Positions 36,901-50,323 of a DNA stretch of 64,000 nucleotides are shown here, piece by piece. Within the stretch, counting starts at the first letter, position 1; each line of letters opens with the position of its first letter. The position numbers and the translations under genes are program-made. This DNA comes from Bigelowiella natans CCMP2755. Taxonomy: Eukaryota > Protista > Cercozoa. A model generated the notes under the pieces. That model was not told the DNA's origin. It saw nothing but the letters and a program-made list of their open reading frames with translations, and made no database searches. The DNA lies in NCBI GenBank assembly GCA_000320545.1, contig ADNK01000063.1, forward strand, positions 1 through 64,000, written 5' to 3'.

Positions 36901-37286
36901 TGAATTTCCGTTGAGTACTCGTTGGTATTGCAGTTGACAATCTGACCGCACAGACAAAGGTAGGGGGGGGGGGGGTAGGCTTAGGGTTAGGGGAAGGTTC
37001 GGGTCCACATCCGTTCGACATTGTGAAGAAATATTTCTTTTCATTCTTCATTGGGATTATGTCGCCACAGCTGTGTTCGCAGAATGCTCTTGCTGCCCTT
37101 CAACACTTCAACACATGAGTCTAATAGTCGTAGCATCGAGGCCAACCGTAGTATAGGCTGAGTTTCTACAACGGGAACATTGGCTCGATTTAATGGAACC
37201 GTTTGCCTTTACTCACATTTTCGTTGATCCGAGGCCTAGACTGATGGAAATGCTACTGCTGCTTGTATGGTCAGATTCGAACGAGA

Positions 37287-37830
37287 ATGGGGGCAGAGAG
37301 CAGCAAAGATAGTAGCGAGGAGAAGACGTGGATTTCACTCGGCGATTTCGCAGGTCAAGACACTCCTTACTTGTGTCAATGTATGCGTATATGTAAGAGG
37401 AAGAGGGAGAATGGCATCGAATGACTGACTGCTAATTGTATAAAATTTCATCAGACGTTATAAAAAACCGGGAAGAGGAGAGGATGAAGTCGATCTTCGA
37501 AATAGCGGATGAAAATCCAGAGGAATATAATTTTCATGTAATTTTAACACTAATTCAAAGTTAAATCGAAGTATGGTGAAGCGACCATTTACCGTCTCAA
37601 TCCTTATGCGCGAATGGAGTTCACCTTCTGAATCATCACACCCTTGCCTTTTTATCCTGAGATTAGATGAGAGAGAGAGAAAATGTCTATAATACTTCTA
37701 CACAATTCCTTGATCACACACCCATAGGGATTCTCACCCCTCGCTATTGCATCGATGCATTCAAACGGAATGTGGGTCATCGATCGCTTTGCAAGAGAAG
37801 AGCGCACAAACGAGCCCTCCTCAGTCAAGT
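37287..37830 (+). CDS. Possible small N-myristoylated protein with an ankyrin-like segment (uncertain model)
   Basis: MGAESSK start; exons DVIKNREEERMKSIFEIADENPEEYNFH and GFSPLAIASMHSNG flanked by GT/AG. Confidence 0.35.
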
Positions 37831-38099
37831 GAGGCGATTATTGAAAGAGAATAAGAGTACAGATCATGATCACAAAGATTGCAAATTCTCCCACTAATAG
37901 TGGCGAGAACAATATTCCAAGAACGGGGGGGGGGGGAGGGGTTAGAAGATGATTCTCTCTTTTCCCTCTAAAATTTTGGCATTCGTTGTCATTCGAGTTT
38001 CCTTTGCAGACAAACATCATCGTAGAAGTAGTCGTAATCCGGATTTTATTTTGATTAGTGCCATCGTCGTCGATCGTGTTCGTCATCATTGTCGAGAAT

Positions 38100-38371
38100 A
38101 ATAGTGACTTATTGATTTGCATATGCTAGTCTCGTAGAACTAGCAAATGAGCTCTCACTCAATGTAGACGAGGATATACTGCAAGCAACAGGGTAGTACT
38201 GCTGCTACAGGCTATCTAAAATATCGGCACACCGCACACATGCATATTCCTTCATACCTTCCGTCGATTATTACCTGTGGATTTTATACGTATGTATTTG
38301 AGCGAGTTTCGTTGACTAATCACCTCTATTGTTTCTTGAATTCCAATGAAAGAAATCGTGTTTCTGCACGC

Positions 38372-38413
<42 letters not shown>

Positions 38414-38586
38414 ATTATATGGCCCATACTCCTCCCCATATAAAAGTTCCTCCGTTGGGTAGGTTCACACCCATTTCTCTTGCTGTGATGTTCGGCCCTG
38501 TCGATTCGGTCAGATCGCTCATTGACAAAGGTGCTACTGCTGCTGCTGCCGCTGCTAAACGGTGACTTTGTAGTATTGCATCCCAT
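38100..38586 (-). CDS. Possible small N-acylated protein (uncertain model)
   Basis: MGCNTTK start (myristoylation/palmitoylation-like), followed by short exon-like segments between GT-AG sites. Confidence 0.25.
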
Positions 38587-39222
38587 ACTGAGGCATACTT
38601 CTCTACCACGCAGGTGCGAAACTAGATTTCGTGACTGAAGGCCAAAAAATATTCTCTCTGAAAAACCTAGCCGAATTTCGAGGGAGCGAAGACATATTGA
38701 AACTTCTCGATGAGGACGGGGTGCACGGGCAATGCCACCACTGTGATGTGAAAAATTGTGTAATTTCATGATCGAGGAGTGAAATGCGTGCGTATGTGTG
38801 GTCGAATCTAGTAGTTTTGTTTCGGGTCTCTTTACAATGTAAGCACAAGCTGTGAAGCCAGCAATATTTACAATGCCACGCTGTCTACGATGGCTGCGGC
38901 TATAGTCGGCTATAAATACACGTGTGCATGAGTGCACTTGAATTTTGCTAAATCAACAAATGGAAAGTGCGTCGTTGAAAAACAGACTGCGATGTACGTG
39001 CATATCATTGCATGCATGCGGTGCATGTTGCTATGTGGGTGTGCGCATGCAGTCTCGCTCTAGTGCATCAACAATTCATTACATCCGTCTCTCCTGCTGT
39101 ACACGCCATGAACATACACATATACACATATTAGACGACGGATACATTGAATGATTTGTCATTCTTTCAAGCGTCATTCCGCCAAACTACCCGCCTTTAT
39201 TTGATGGCGTACCAGCATCTAG

Positions 39223-40044
39223 CTACTTACTGAGAATGTAGATATTTTCTTTTTCTTGATTCTTTCCTCCCATGGCATACAGTATACGAAAGTCGTCGTC
39301 TAGGTACGTCATTCTCCACGTCCCAACCGCTTTCAATTCCTTTTCCTGCAGTGGAAACCCTAGTAATTCTAACCGGATATTTTTGAACTTAACTCTCCAA
39401 GTGCTGGACGACAGATTGTCCCATGTAGCTGAAAGTGTTCCTTTAAAAAATCCGTTTCCGAGACTGACTATGTTAAGATATTCATCCTTTCCTATATCAA
39501 CATTTTGTGTGACATCTCCGACAAAAGGTCCGAATTTACCAGCAGATGAGCCGTCGTTAGTTGTATATAGCAATTTCCACTCCCCTTCAAGAAGGGAAGA
39601 GCTTGTCAATTTTCGGGTAGGATTAGCGCTTTCGAGCACTTTCACTATCTCTGCCACTTGCAGTCTTTTTTCTTGAGATGCCTGCACTCCATTCTGCGTG
39701 CCCTTTGTAGCTTTTCGAATGGACTCCTTCAGATCTTCAACATCGACATTGGAGAACAAGTTTGGAGCTAGTAGAAAGGACGAAAACAACTTATTCAATG
39801 AAAAAGAAGGCGAAGACGCCTCAGTAGCTGATGATTTCAGCAGCATCGATGTAGATTGGGTACGCCTGTGAATCTTTCTAGGAAGCGGTATCCTCATAGC
39901 CATGTTGCCGTGATGCTTGCCGTTGTAACACGTATTCTTCTTTATTGAACGTAGAGTTGTCGGTAAGGTAGCGACGGGTTGCAGGTAGACTGCGAATACT
40001 AGCAAGACCTTTGAAATTCGATTTATATCACTGAACCCAGGCAT
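39223..40044 (-). CDS. PAP/fibrillin-family plastid lipid-associated protein with bipartite leader, intronless
   Basis: Hydrophobic N-terminus (VLLVFAVYLQPVA) plus basic Ser/Thr-rich transit region; LESANPT...LLEGEWKLLYTT...WRMTYLDDDFRIL. Confidence 0.9.
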   Translation of the reverse strand: MPGFSDINRISKVLLVFAVYLQPVATLPTTLRSIKKNTCYNGKHHGNMAMRIPLPRKIHRRTQSTSMLLKSSATEASSPSFSLNKLFSSFLLAPNLFSNVDVEDLKESIRKATKGTQNGVQASQEKRLQVAEIVKVLESANPTRKLTSSSLLEGEWKLLYTTNDGSSAGKFGPFVGDVTQNVDIGKDEYLNIVSLGNGFFKGTLSATWDNLSSSTWRVKFKNIRLELLGFPLQEKELKAVGTWRMTYLDDDFRILYAMGGKNQEKENIYILSK

Positions 40045-40617
40045 GGTCAGGTGGCCTAGATCGGTGTTACGTCGTCGTCGTGTATTTGTGGTGGTGGTGG
40101 TGGTGCTCGACAGACTCTAATAAGCGGTGTGAGTGTATGTATAATTACAAGAGAATTGTTGGTTTAATCTTGGAAAATAATGTAATAACACTCAGACTAG
40201 TCTCTGCGAGGACTTTCTGCGACTGCGACAACAAATTTCACTTACATTTCTGAAAATACGAACCAACACAAGAGCTGTTTGCAGGGTTTACGCCAAGAAC
40301 TGATCCATTGTTTGGCTCTGAACGCCCTTTGTTTCAACCTAATTTTGGTCTCATTTTGTTGACACAGAAGCAAAATCGGGACAACACAATCACAAGAAGA
40401 AGTCGCATGCAAGTAGATCTAAATATTGGCAATTTGTTCAAAATATGGTTGTCGTTCCTTTAATATTGCCTTATGTTTGCAGGATTAAATCCCGAACGAA
40501 CAAGAATGGTGGCCACTATACCCCCTTAGCTTGCTGCAAGATTCTTTTGATACAAGGATAATAGATACTGAATAAAGCCAGGATTTGGAAGGACTGACTA
40601 AAATCTTGGTGTCTGAA

Positions 40618-41735
40618 ATGATGATGCCAGTACTAATAAGGCCTCATCACAACACAACTCGCTACTACTCCTATTTAAGTTTAGTGCTGTTTGTGCTCTC
40701 AATAGCAGCAATTATTGAGCATACCTCCTCAACTTTATCAAATCTTCAACTTGGTATAAAGAACAAAGCTGTCTTCAAGCCACTAGTACAACCAGGCGCA
40801 AGAAGCACGTGGCACGTCAGTCGTCATTTGCGTAGGTAAGTAGTACCAAGACTACTACTACTACGCAGACTATTATTTTCGACGTACAAAAAACAACTAG
40901 ATGATGATGAGAACTGGAAGAGTCAAAACTTTCTTCAAATTGAGAATATATACTATTTAGGGCAAATGTGAAGAGAGAAAGACATCCGATTGTCGGTGAA
41001 GTTTTCCAGATGCGTGCGAAGGACACTACTACTACCAGTACTACTAGCACAACTCGCAGTGGTCAAAAAGTAATTACTTCAGCATCAAAATTAAGATCAA
41101 GCGAACAGCAAGAGGACCAGCAGCAAGAATCTGAAGTTGGAAATAATCAATCATTACTTGGACCAAAAGATCATCTCTGCAAAGATGGAAGGTGTTACCT
41201 AGGAATGAGAACAATAGAAGAAGAAAAAGAAAAACACGAAAGAAGAATCAAGATTTAATTCCTATTCTTCCCAGCTCGAATGTATACGACTAGTTTCATT
41301 ATCTTATGATTTTGACTAATTTCTTTATCTTAGGATTCTGAGAAATCCTATTAAACTCAGCATAGCCCATTCGAAATCCAAAAAAGGTTTGCTGACATCT
41401 TGTCATAGTGTGTCCTCTCTAGCTATTTGTGATTGAGCTACTACCTCGTTATTATTGCCACCTTACAGTAAGAGATTATGGGGGAGATGGATCTCTTGAG
41501 AAATATATGAGACTTCCCGTGGAGCAGTATAGCATGGTAAAGCTAAGCATACATTAGTTTATTAGAATGAACAGATCAGAGATTTTTGAATTGATATTCA
41601 CACAATAAATCGATAATTTATGCAGCTGAATGAATCTCTCATCACACGAAATGAGAACAACCCGGACAACTTCTTATTGAAAGTGCCACGCCTCACATTC
41701 TTTAGTGTGTGGATACAGGTGCATCATTACGATAA

Positions 41736-41767
<32 letters not shown>

Positions 41768-43019
41768 GTTATTGTTATCATCAAAAGAAGGATATAGAGG
41801 TCCATAATACTTACTCAAGAATGTGTTTGTGCGATAATTGTTCTTCAGCCTGAGGTGGAGGTAACAGTGAAAACATCACATGATCGTGTGGTTCTCAAGG
41901 CTTCAAATTGTCATATTGAAGGCTCTAAAGCTATCATGAGAATGGGGGTGGGTATTACTGTGTCAGTCAGTAAATAATAACCGAAGAATGATTCATATGA
42001 TCATGTATGCTAATAATCCGTCCATTACCAGCGTCGTCTTCTTGCTTTCTCTCCAACCTCTCCATGTTGCCTAATGCTTCTAATCGCCCATGATTCTCTC
42101 TTCTATTATCTGATCCTCTTTCTTCTCCTACTGTTCTGTCATCATCATCATCATCAATAGCTTCACAGGCGTTTCGAATTCGAAGCTGACTCGATGATGC
42201 GTTGGATTTCCGATGGAGAAGAGGCAAGACGAAGAAGAAGAAGAAGAAGAAGAAGAAGAAGAAGATATCTATCCTTGCCAATTGATTTTAATGATTTATC
42301 AATGACTCGGCGTTATTTGATTTCGAGTTCCTCCTTCTCCTGCTTCCTCCATTATTATTTTATTTACACTTTTAGGCCCAGGTAATTATGGATGGAAGCT
42401 TAAGTGTGTGGTCAGAAAAACTGCCACCATTCAACATCATGCCAACGGTAACTATTGTCACAGATTTATAAACAAGTTTTATATCTGTTAGATATACTGT
42501 GTATGTTCTCCTCCTCCTTTTTCACCTAGAAGCAGCAGCAGCAGCAGCAGAGACATATCCTCCATAATTAGACATGATGCACGTATGTCTGCATACTCAC
42601 ATTGTTACGGGATAATACCAAACACGTTACCACGAACATCACAGCTGTTATTGAAAACACTATTATCATCATAATCATCATCATTAATTTCTTGCTCTCT
42701 ACAAAATAGGTCGTTCTCCAGAAAGGAAGTAATGCTGTTCTGGGTGCTGCAGTAAAAACAATTCAAAGGGTATTATAGTGCAAGCACATATGATGATGAT
42801 GAGAATGATGGAAGAAGAAGGTGGGCAAAGCGGGAAGATGGTCGTTATTATGTGCTAGAACAGTATATAATTATTTTGTTTCAGAAATGATGCATTGGTA
42901 GAGAATCAAGTGACAAATTGTCGTATTATGCTTCTCCTTCTCACCACCTTTCTTCAGATCTTCATGAATAATCTGATGGGGGACTACGAGAAATGGGTAG
43001 TAGTAGTTCTAGTACTACC

Positions 43020-43059
<40 letters not shown>

Positions 43060-43372
43060 CAGTGGAGTGAAGTAGTAGCGGTTTGGTAATTGGCAAGGGA
43101 AGGGATCATTGTAACCAAGGGGAACTTATTAGCCACAGTTGTAAAATATGTTGTTGTTGATGCTGAGGATGCTCTATGAAATGTAGACAGCTGAGCGGTA
43201 GTAGTAGTAGTGGTAGTAGTATCAGCAACGACTGACTGATTGACAGCAATCTGATGCCTATGACTTCTGTATTTTGACGATGTCGTTCTCTTAGGCTACA
43301 GACCCAACATATAGAGCAGAAAGAGCAGCCAGTAAATCAGCAGCAGACGCTCAGAAAACTGTTCCGGTGTGA
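40618..43372 (+). CDS. DUF1997-family protein with bipartite plastid leader (multi-exon)
   Basis: Signal-like LSLVLFVLSIAAII; LEKYMRLPVEQYSM|LNESLI...FLLKVPRLTFFSVWIQ|PEV...PPFNIMP...GSNAVL...DYEKW|ATDPTYRAERA. Confidence 0.85.
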
Positions 43373-45046
43373 AGCAATCAAAAGCAGCAGCAGCAGTCTG
43401 ATAGCTACTTATACCGCACATCTCAAATACTAGAACTTCGTTTTGATGATGCGATGCCGTCGCCTTTAGATCACCTTTATTGTTTATAGATTTGCATGCC
43501 ATGTTCTGCTCAAACCTTTAACTGCTGAAATATAAGACTAGATGAAAGCTGGCGCATATTGTAACACAGATGTAATGAATTAAATTCAATTTGTTCAATG
43601 GCCATCCTCATGTTGTGACGACGTCCTTTATTCGCACATCGTTGCCTGTATGTGATTCAAGACAGGTAACGTTTTATGTTTGTGCGTAATGGCGTGAGCA
43701 TGTGTGGGAGAACATGCAACAGAGCCTTTATGGCTATATTCGTGCATGCGCGTACGAACATGTTGGCCACATGTGAACACATGTAGTTAGCACATATGTT
43801 CTTGTACCCACATGTGTGTGTGTACCTGCACCAAATAATTATGATTAGCACATGTGTTCCATTGTTGTTTGTAGCACACATGATCCATTGATGCACATGC
43901 TAGCATGCACGTGTTGCGTGACATGCACATCTTCACAAATGTGCATACACATTTGTGCCATGTGATCATCTTTTCTGTCCGGGAGCGCATGGCGTGAGCA
44001 CACGCATGCGCAATGCACTTCGTAATTTGCTGCACAGCAAATTGAGAGAAAGGGCAGCGTGTTGGAGTGCTTTGCACTCAGCGCGCGAAGTGCTTGCTTG
44101 CAGTAGCCAGCGCCAACAGCAGAGAGATCTGCGGGCGTTTGCAGGCTGCGACAAGCACGCAGCAAGAGGCTGCGAGTGCAGGTGAATTCTGTGCCTGCGA
44201 CAAGCACGTCGCCGCACATCACCGCATGCAGCTCCTTTGTGCCAGCAAAGGAAGCAAGCATGACTACCTGCCTCGCTAGCAGCACAATGCATCGCTACGT
44301 GATGCATGCAGTTTGGGCACTTTCCCCTAGCTAGCGTGATGTGTGTGACCTGCACTGCATGCATGCGCAATCAGGTCAACACCTTCAACACAGAATCCAA
44401 ACAGACCACCGTCTGTCTGCCCCCTCTACTTGCTACTTTGCTACTTGTTGTGCCTGCCTCTGCAACACTGCCCGCGCCTAATCTTCCAACAATGTGCATG
44501 CACATTTGTGCCATGTGCATGGAGCAGCCATGTTCTTGTGAGCACACACCAACATGAACTACTGTCCGATGAACTTGCATGTGTCCTAGGCAGGGCACAC
44601 GAATGGAGCCTTTGTGGCCACTTTGCTAGATTGTGCGCCCCAAAAAGAACCGCGCGACACTCCATGCAGCATGGCGCACTTTCTGCGCCACATCGCATTC
44701 TCATGCATGCACGTGAAAGACTTCACAGCAGAAACGAACAAGCACGATTTGCAAGCGCTGTAGCCGCGCGCAGCCTTGCAGCTACCACATTGGGAATAAT
44801 AGACACAGCAATACACAATATATATTACACATATAGTGTATTGCATGTACGTCTATCATGGGATGCCCACTGCAAAGATTCAATTCATTTATCACATCAG
44901 TACGTCTCACACTGCCTCTGATGCTAGTGTGGTGTGTGTGTCTAGCTACATGTGCACAGGGCACATGTACATGCACATACACATATTTAGACACATGTAT
45001 GTATGCGCATATGTACATACACTATGTGTGTAAACACACATAGCGT

Positions 45047-45465
45047 TTAATTGTGAATAGCAGCGCAATGGTTCTTGCCATGTACCATGACGCAACATTT
45101 AGGAGATTTGGCATGACTTCTTCTTCGTTCCGCTTTTCTGGGATATAGGGATTCGGCGAAGTTTTCCAGAAGGAGAACGCTCCCAACACATCTCTTCGTT
45201 TTCTTTAAATTCATGTGGTGTATCATTCGACTCGCCATGCTGTCTGTATGTGATGACGATCAATGTCATGAGAATGAAGCATGAAGTTGTTGTGTGTACT
45301 TACTTGATTGTGCATCTAGGAGCACGACGCCTATACAACACGGTGTGGCTCACAGCCTATAGTTTATTATATAGGGAGGGGGGGGACAATCAAGGAGGAA
45401 AGAAGACGACGAGAGAGAGAGAAGGATATGGGTAGGTTAGAAACATACTCTTTAACAGATATGAC

Positions 45466-45499
<34 letters not shown>

Positions 45500-45580
45500 G
45501 CAGATATGTGATGATGGTGTGGTTAATAATCAAGGTGCTGGTGCTGTTTTCCCTATCATTAGTCTCATTTCACAACTTGC

Positions 45581-45650
<70 letters not shown>

Positions 45651-45900
45651 GTTAATGTACCCGTCTGAAAAGCTGCCTCGTCCTTGCATCGATTGGCATA
45701 AATCGATAGTGAACTGCTCCATAATAATAACAATAATAATAATAACAATAATAATAATAATAATAATAATTAAAAAAAAATTAAAGAGTACATGTGATCT
45801 TTTTTGTTCCATTTGTTGTGAAACTACTAGTACTACTACTACTACTACTTGTGGCACAGATGATGGACATATTAGGCTTGGATCATTATTTCTGTTTAAT

Positions 45901-45941
<41 letters not shown>

Positions 45942-46324
45942 CAGGGATATTGCGTTTTGAGATGCTGCTCCCAAGCATAGGGCTGTACTTCATGGCAAAT
46001 GTCCTTGCAAGTTGTTGCGAGTACTCGAAGTTCAAACGGACCCAGAAAAACGCACACACGACTGAAGAAATAATACACATGAGGAAAGAAATCATCTTTC
46101 CTACAATACCATGACAACAACAACAGCGTGATTACTACCACCAGACGAGCAAAGGCACACTAATTGTAGTTTCTTCCTCCTCCTCCTCCTCCTCAAGCAG
46201 ATCCTGCTTCCTTTCTCCTCCTTTTGTTTTTTCTGCGAATATTGGTTGATGATGGTGTGAATTGTGGTGATGACCATGACCATGACCATCACCACACCCA
46301 CTACCACTATACTCTTCTCCAACA

Positions 46325-46365
<41 letters not shown>

Positions 46366-47913
46366 GGAAAGATGCTGCTGCTGCTGCTGTTGTTCTTGTT
46401 GCTGCTGGTCATAGTGAGATATTAGTGCTTCCATCTCTTCTGTCTTCTTTTTCTGTATTATATCCAACTTTTTCTCTTTAAACTCCTCATCATGCCTTGA
46501 CTTAACAAGACAAGGCTGGACTATATCTTCAAAATCTAAGGTTGATGAGGAAAAAGGGGGGTGGGTGAATGCAGAGAGTAGATTACAACTTTCTTTCTCA
46601 GTTGAATAGCATAATTATTTTAAAAGAAATCTTATTTAATCATTATAACAACCTCTTTCTTCAGGAATAATCCAACACAGTATTGCCCAGGCATATCGCT
46701 ATTAGCATCAAGAATAGGCTAATAAGACAACAAATGATACTTCTTCTTGTCGCGTTTGTACTTCCTACTACTTACTGCGCATATGCATACTACTACTACT
46801 ACTACTTCTACTACCAAAGTATTCATTAAGCTTCAACATGCAGGCACATACGTTAAGAAGTAATCAAACCAGCATCAGAGCTATATATCATGGTTATCAT
46901 CATCATATAGTAGGAAGAACAACAACAACAACAACCTGAAAGTACATGGCACCGGATGCATATGCAGCACTGAGAGCAGAAGCTGAGAAGAAGAAATAAT
47001 CATTCCCCATATTCTTGAATGGATCTGTCCGTTCGCTGAATCTCCATCCTCTAATCTCATTAGAATAGTCCGCATAATCGTTGACTATTCTCTTCATACC
47101 GGACAACGCACTATTTTATGTAACCGAAAAATGAAATTCATTATTGACTCGTGGTAATAAATAAATAGATAGTGGTAACAAGTGGTAATGTATCAGGATA
47201 TATCAAGAATATATATAGATGTTATGATTACACACCCTTCAACGAGAGCGATTTTACGTTTCTTGGATGGTGAGAGGTAGCCACCACCACCACCAGTGCT
47301 GCTACTACAACAATTAGTATCTTTGTCAGAGATACTACTGCTACCTAGTTTTGTAAAATGAGTGATAGCAACAAGGAAAGAAGGAAGGAGGGAAGGAAAA
47401 GGCAAATATTAGAAATGAGGAGGGTGGCAAGAAAAGTAAAGATCATCCACCAAAATTGATGTATCATAAATCCACACAATTCGCTATAAATAGCATCTCC
47501 TTCGTTTCTCCGTATTTACTGTTTTTTCCACCACATACAACCCCATCATTGCGTATTTTATCATCATCATCCTGCCAGCTAACTAATCAGCAGCTACTAC
47601 TACTACTACTACTACAACTACTACTACTACTGGTTGTAGCAGCATGAGCTGAAAGTTGCATTCCAGGTGCCTCAGGATGATCAGGAGATCCTCGAGTCCC
47701 AAATCCTGTCCAATAGCTGAATAAAGAAGAACAATTATTGAATAAGTATCGAGTTCCAAATCCTGTCCAATAGCTCAATAATAAAGAAGAACAATTATTA
47801 AATAAGTAATGAAGACCAAATTATTTGAAACACTGGCTTCTTCTTCTATTTCTTCTTGTTCTTCTTCTGATTCTGTGCAAACACATGCAGAATATACAGT
47901 CACTGTCTAAAAA

Positions 47914-47945
<32 letters not shown>

Positions 47946-48791
47946 TGTGTGTAAAAATAATACCCGTGAGTATGTAGACCTGCTGGGGCTATACGTGGTG
48001 AATTCTGAGGAGGGGAAGGAGGAGGAGTGTCAATATCCATACAAATAATTCAATTAAATATTGTTTATTATTATAATGATATGTGTCTTCCTCCACATAT
48101 GATAACTGCTAAAGATGATGATGAGGATGATGATGACGATGATGATGATAGTATTGCTCACAGCATCAAGCGTTTCATCTATATCGGAGCCAAATCCCTC
48201 GATGTGAACACGAACCTGTTGCATGCCGCACAGTTCATAATTAGACAATAAATAGTAGGTAGTAGAAGTGTCAGCAGACAGACTAAATAACACTTATCCG
48301 TATACAAAGCATTCATTTTCATATTATTAAATTATGGTGATGAAATATGTAGTATCTCCTTGATTAAATAATAATGCATCACCTTTCGTATAACACCAAA
48401 CCTATCAGCTTCTACGTCGATAACTAAAGCACTCCGCCAACTGAAAATAATAATAATAATTATTAAAATAAATAAATTATAATAATAATGATAATGATAA
48501 TAGCATCGGGATGATAATGAGAAGACTAACAAAAGTGTGATCAGATGAGTTAATTATGCTGCTGTGATGTTGGAAGGGGAAAACACTGAATGATGATAAT
48601 GATGATGATGATGATAAATATAATTGTCCTCTGATAGTTGTTCACATTTGATTTCATTATTATTATTGATTATTCAGTCATCATTAATTTTTGATTGGAT
48701 TACCTGCCCTGGGTATCACATAAATCAATAGGAAGTCCCAGCCCTAACATCTGAACGAACAGCATCACATGATACGGAGAAGATTAGGAAC

Positions 48792-48831
<40 letters not shown>

Positions 48832-49479
48832 TTACCGGTCGTATTTTCCTTTGTTCCTTAAGTTCCTTCGCTAGCTGTGACGTAAGTAATCACACGTTCT
48901 CACAACCATGCAAAGGAGATGCGTCTTGTTCACAGTTATATCTTAATCTTTGTGCAGCAGCAGCAGCAGCACTTACTTACAGAACATCTATGTTAACCGA
49001 TACTACCTGTGATAAAAAGTATCTTGCTTGTGCTCTGCCCCTAGACCTAGATAGTATTTGGGTCAATGTTGTTACAATATCGTGCTCACTAGCAAAGACA
49101 CAATAACAAAGATTATTATAGTGATAGCGGACGCATGGGCTTTCGTTTTCATGCAAAACTTCACGGCTACTGCTATACTACTACTACTACTACTACAACT
49201 ACTATTACTACAACTACTACTTATTAGTTATAAAAATCCCCCCCCCCCCCCCCCCCCACACGGTTACAACATTTTGAGACTTCGTAGCAGCTCGAGAAGC
49301 ACGCTCTCTTCACTCTCCCTTTTTGCTTTCCACTCCTCCTCCTCCTTCGCTTGAATCTTTAGCTCCATCTGAATAATCGCCTTGCTTGGTTGGAATACCT
49401 GCTGATCAGCCTTATCTCGATCGCAGTCATTCACATTGTCGTCATCTTCGTCGAGGCTCCCAAACCCTGCCAGTGCCAT
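45047..49479 (-). CDS. Multi-exon hypothetical protein with a Tudor/Agenet-like domain and several TM segments (could be two genes)
   Basis: Exons give LGLGLPIDLCDTQG|WRSALVIDVEADRFGVIRK|VRVHIEGFGSDIDETLDA; hydrophobic exons such as FFFSASALSAAYASG and ISFLMCIISSVVCAFFWV. Confidence 0.5.
47693..47810. repeat. 57-bp tandem duplication spanning a minus-strand splice acceptor
   Basis: CGAGT(C/T)CCAAATCCTGTCCAATAGCT...AAGAACAATTATT at 47693 and 47750. Confidence 0.85.
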
Positions 49480-49673
49480 CCTTCCTCCCCCCTTAGTAGT
49501 AGCAGTAGTAGCAGTAGCAGAAGGTTGTCACCAGCAGCCTAACCCCATACGTGTTCTTTCTATCTTCCTTGGAAGTTGTTGTTGTAGTTGTTGTAGTCCA
49601 TGGTAGTTGTAGTTGTTGTAGTTGTAGTTGTTGTTGTTGTTGTTGTTGTTGTTTAGCATGGACGAAATACCAA

Positions 49674-49751
49674 TATGAAAATCACTTCGGTGTAACAACA
49701 TAGCTGGGAAGTCAAGGGCGCGAAAAGATTAACTAACTAACTAACTAACTA
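49674..49751 (+). mobile_element. Second short copy of the (TAAC)n-tailed retroposon 3' end
   Basis: Identical TATGAAAATCACTTCGGTGTAACAACATAGCTGGGAAGTCAAGGGCGCGAAAAGAT(TAAC)n. Confidence 0.8.
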
Positions 49752-50323
49752 GGAAATAGCGGTAGGAAATGGGTAAATATAGCTGGGAAGTCAAGGATGC
49801 GACTAGAATATCCAACTACCGAACTGGGCAACTGTGTAAGAAGACCGCATTTACACATTTACCAAATTTATGTCTAAAATGCCCTGAACACACTATGGTA
49901 CGACACCAAAATACTTGATCTTGCTTTCTTACGATATTGCTGGTCAGAATTAACCAGTCGCCGAAATCATTTCCGAAAACCTTTTCCAATTACAAATAGG
50001 CTTTATTAATCATTTTTCGCAAGTTTTTGAGGGAATTTTCTTCCTGATATGTGTCGGAAGAGGAAAGATCAGTCTGAATATTTTCGGTCCGGGCTACAAG
50101 ATTCATCATTTTGGTCAGGTCAAGCTCCCGTCCTCAATAACACGAAGTACAAGCATGTGCCATAATAGCCACTAATCCACCATATTTCCGCTAACAATAC
50201 TTTGATCAAATACATTAACATTCTTTCAAGGGGAGTTCTATTTGCCAACTGATCTTTAGATTCTCCTCACGTGGGATGTCGCAAAATCATTGCACTGACT
50301 TTTTCTTTGGCAGAAGTCATACT

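Noticed and set aside
36981-36993. True telomere
   Set aside because: Only two TTAGGG units, internal, flanked by genes.
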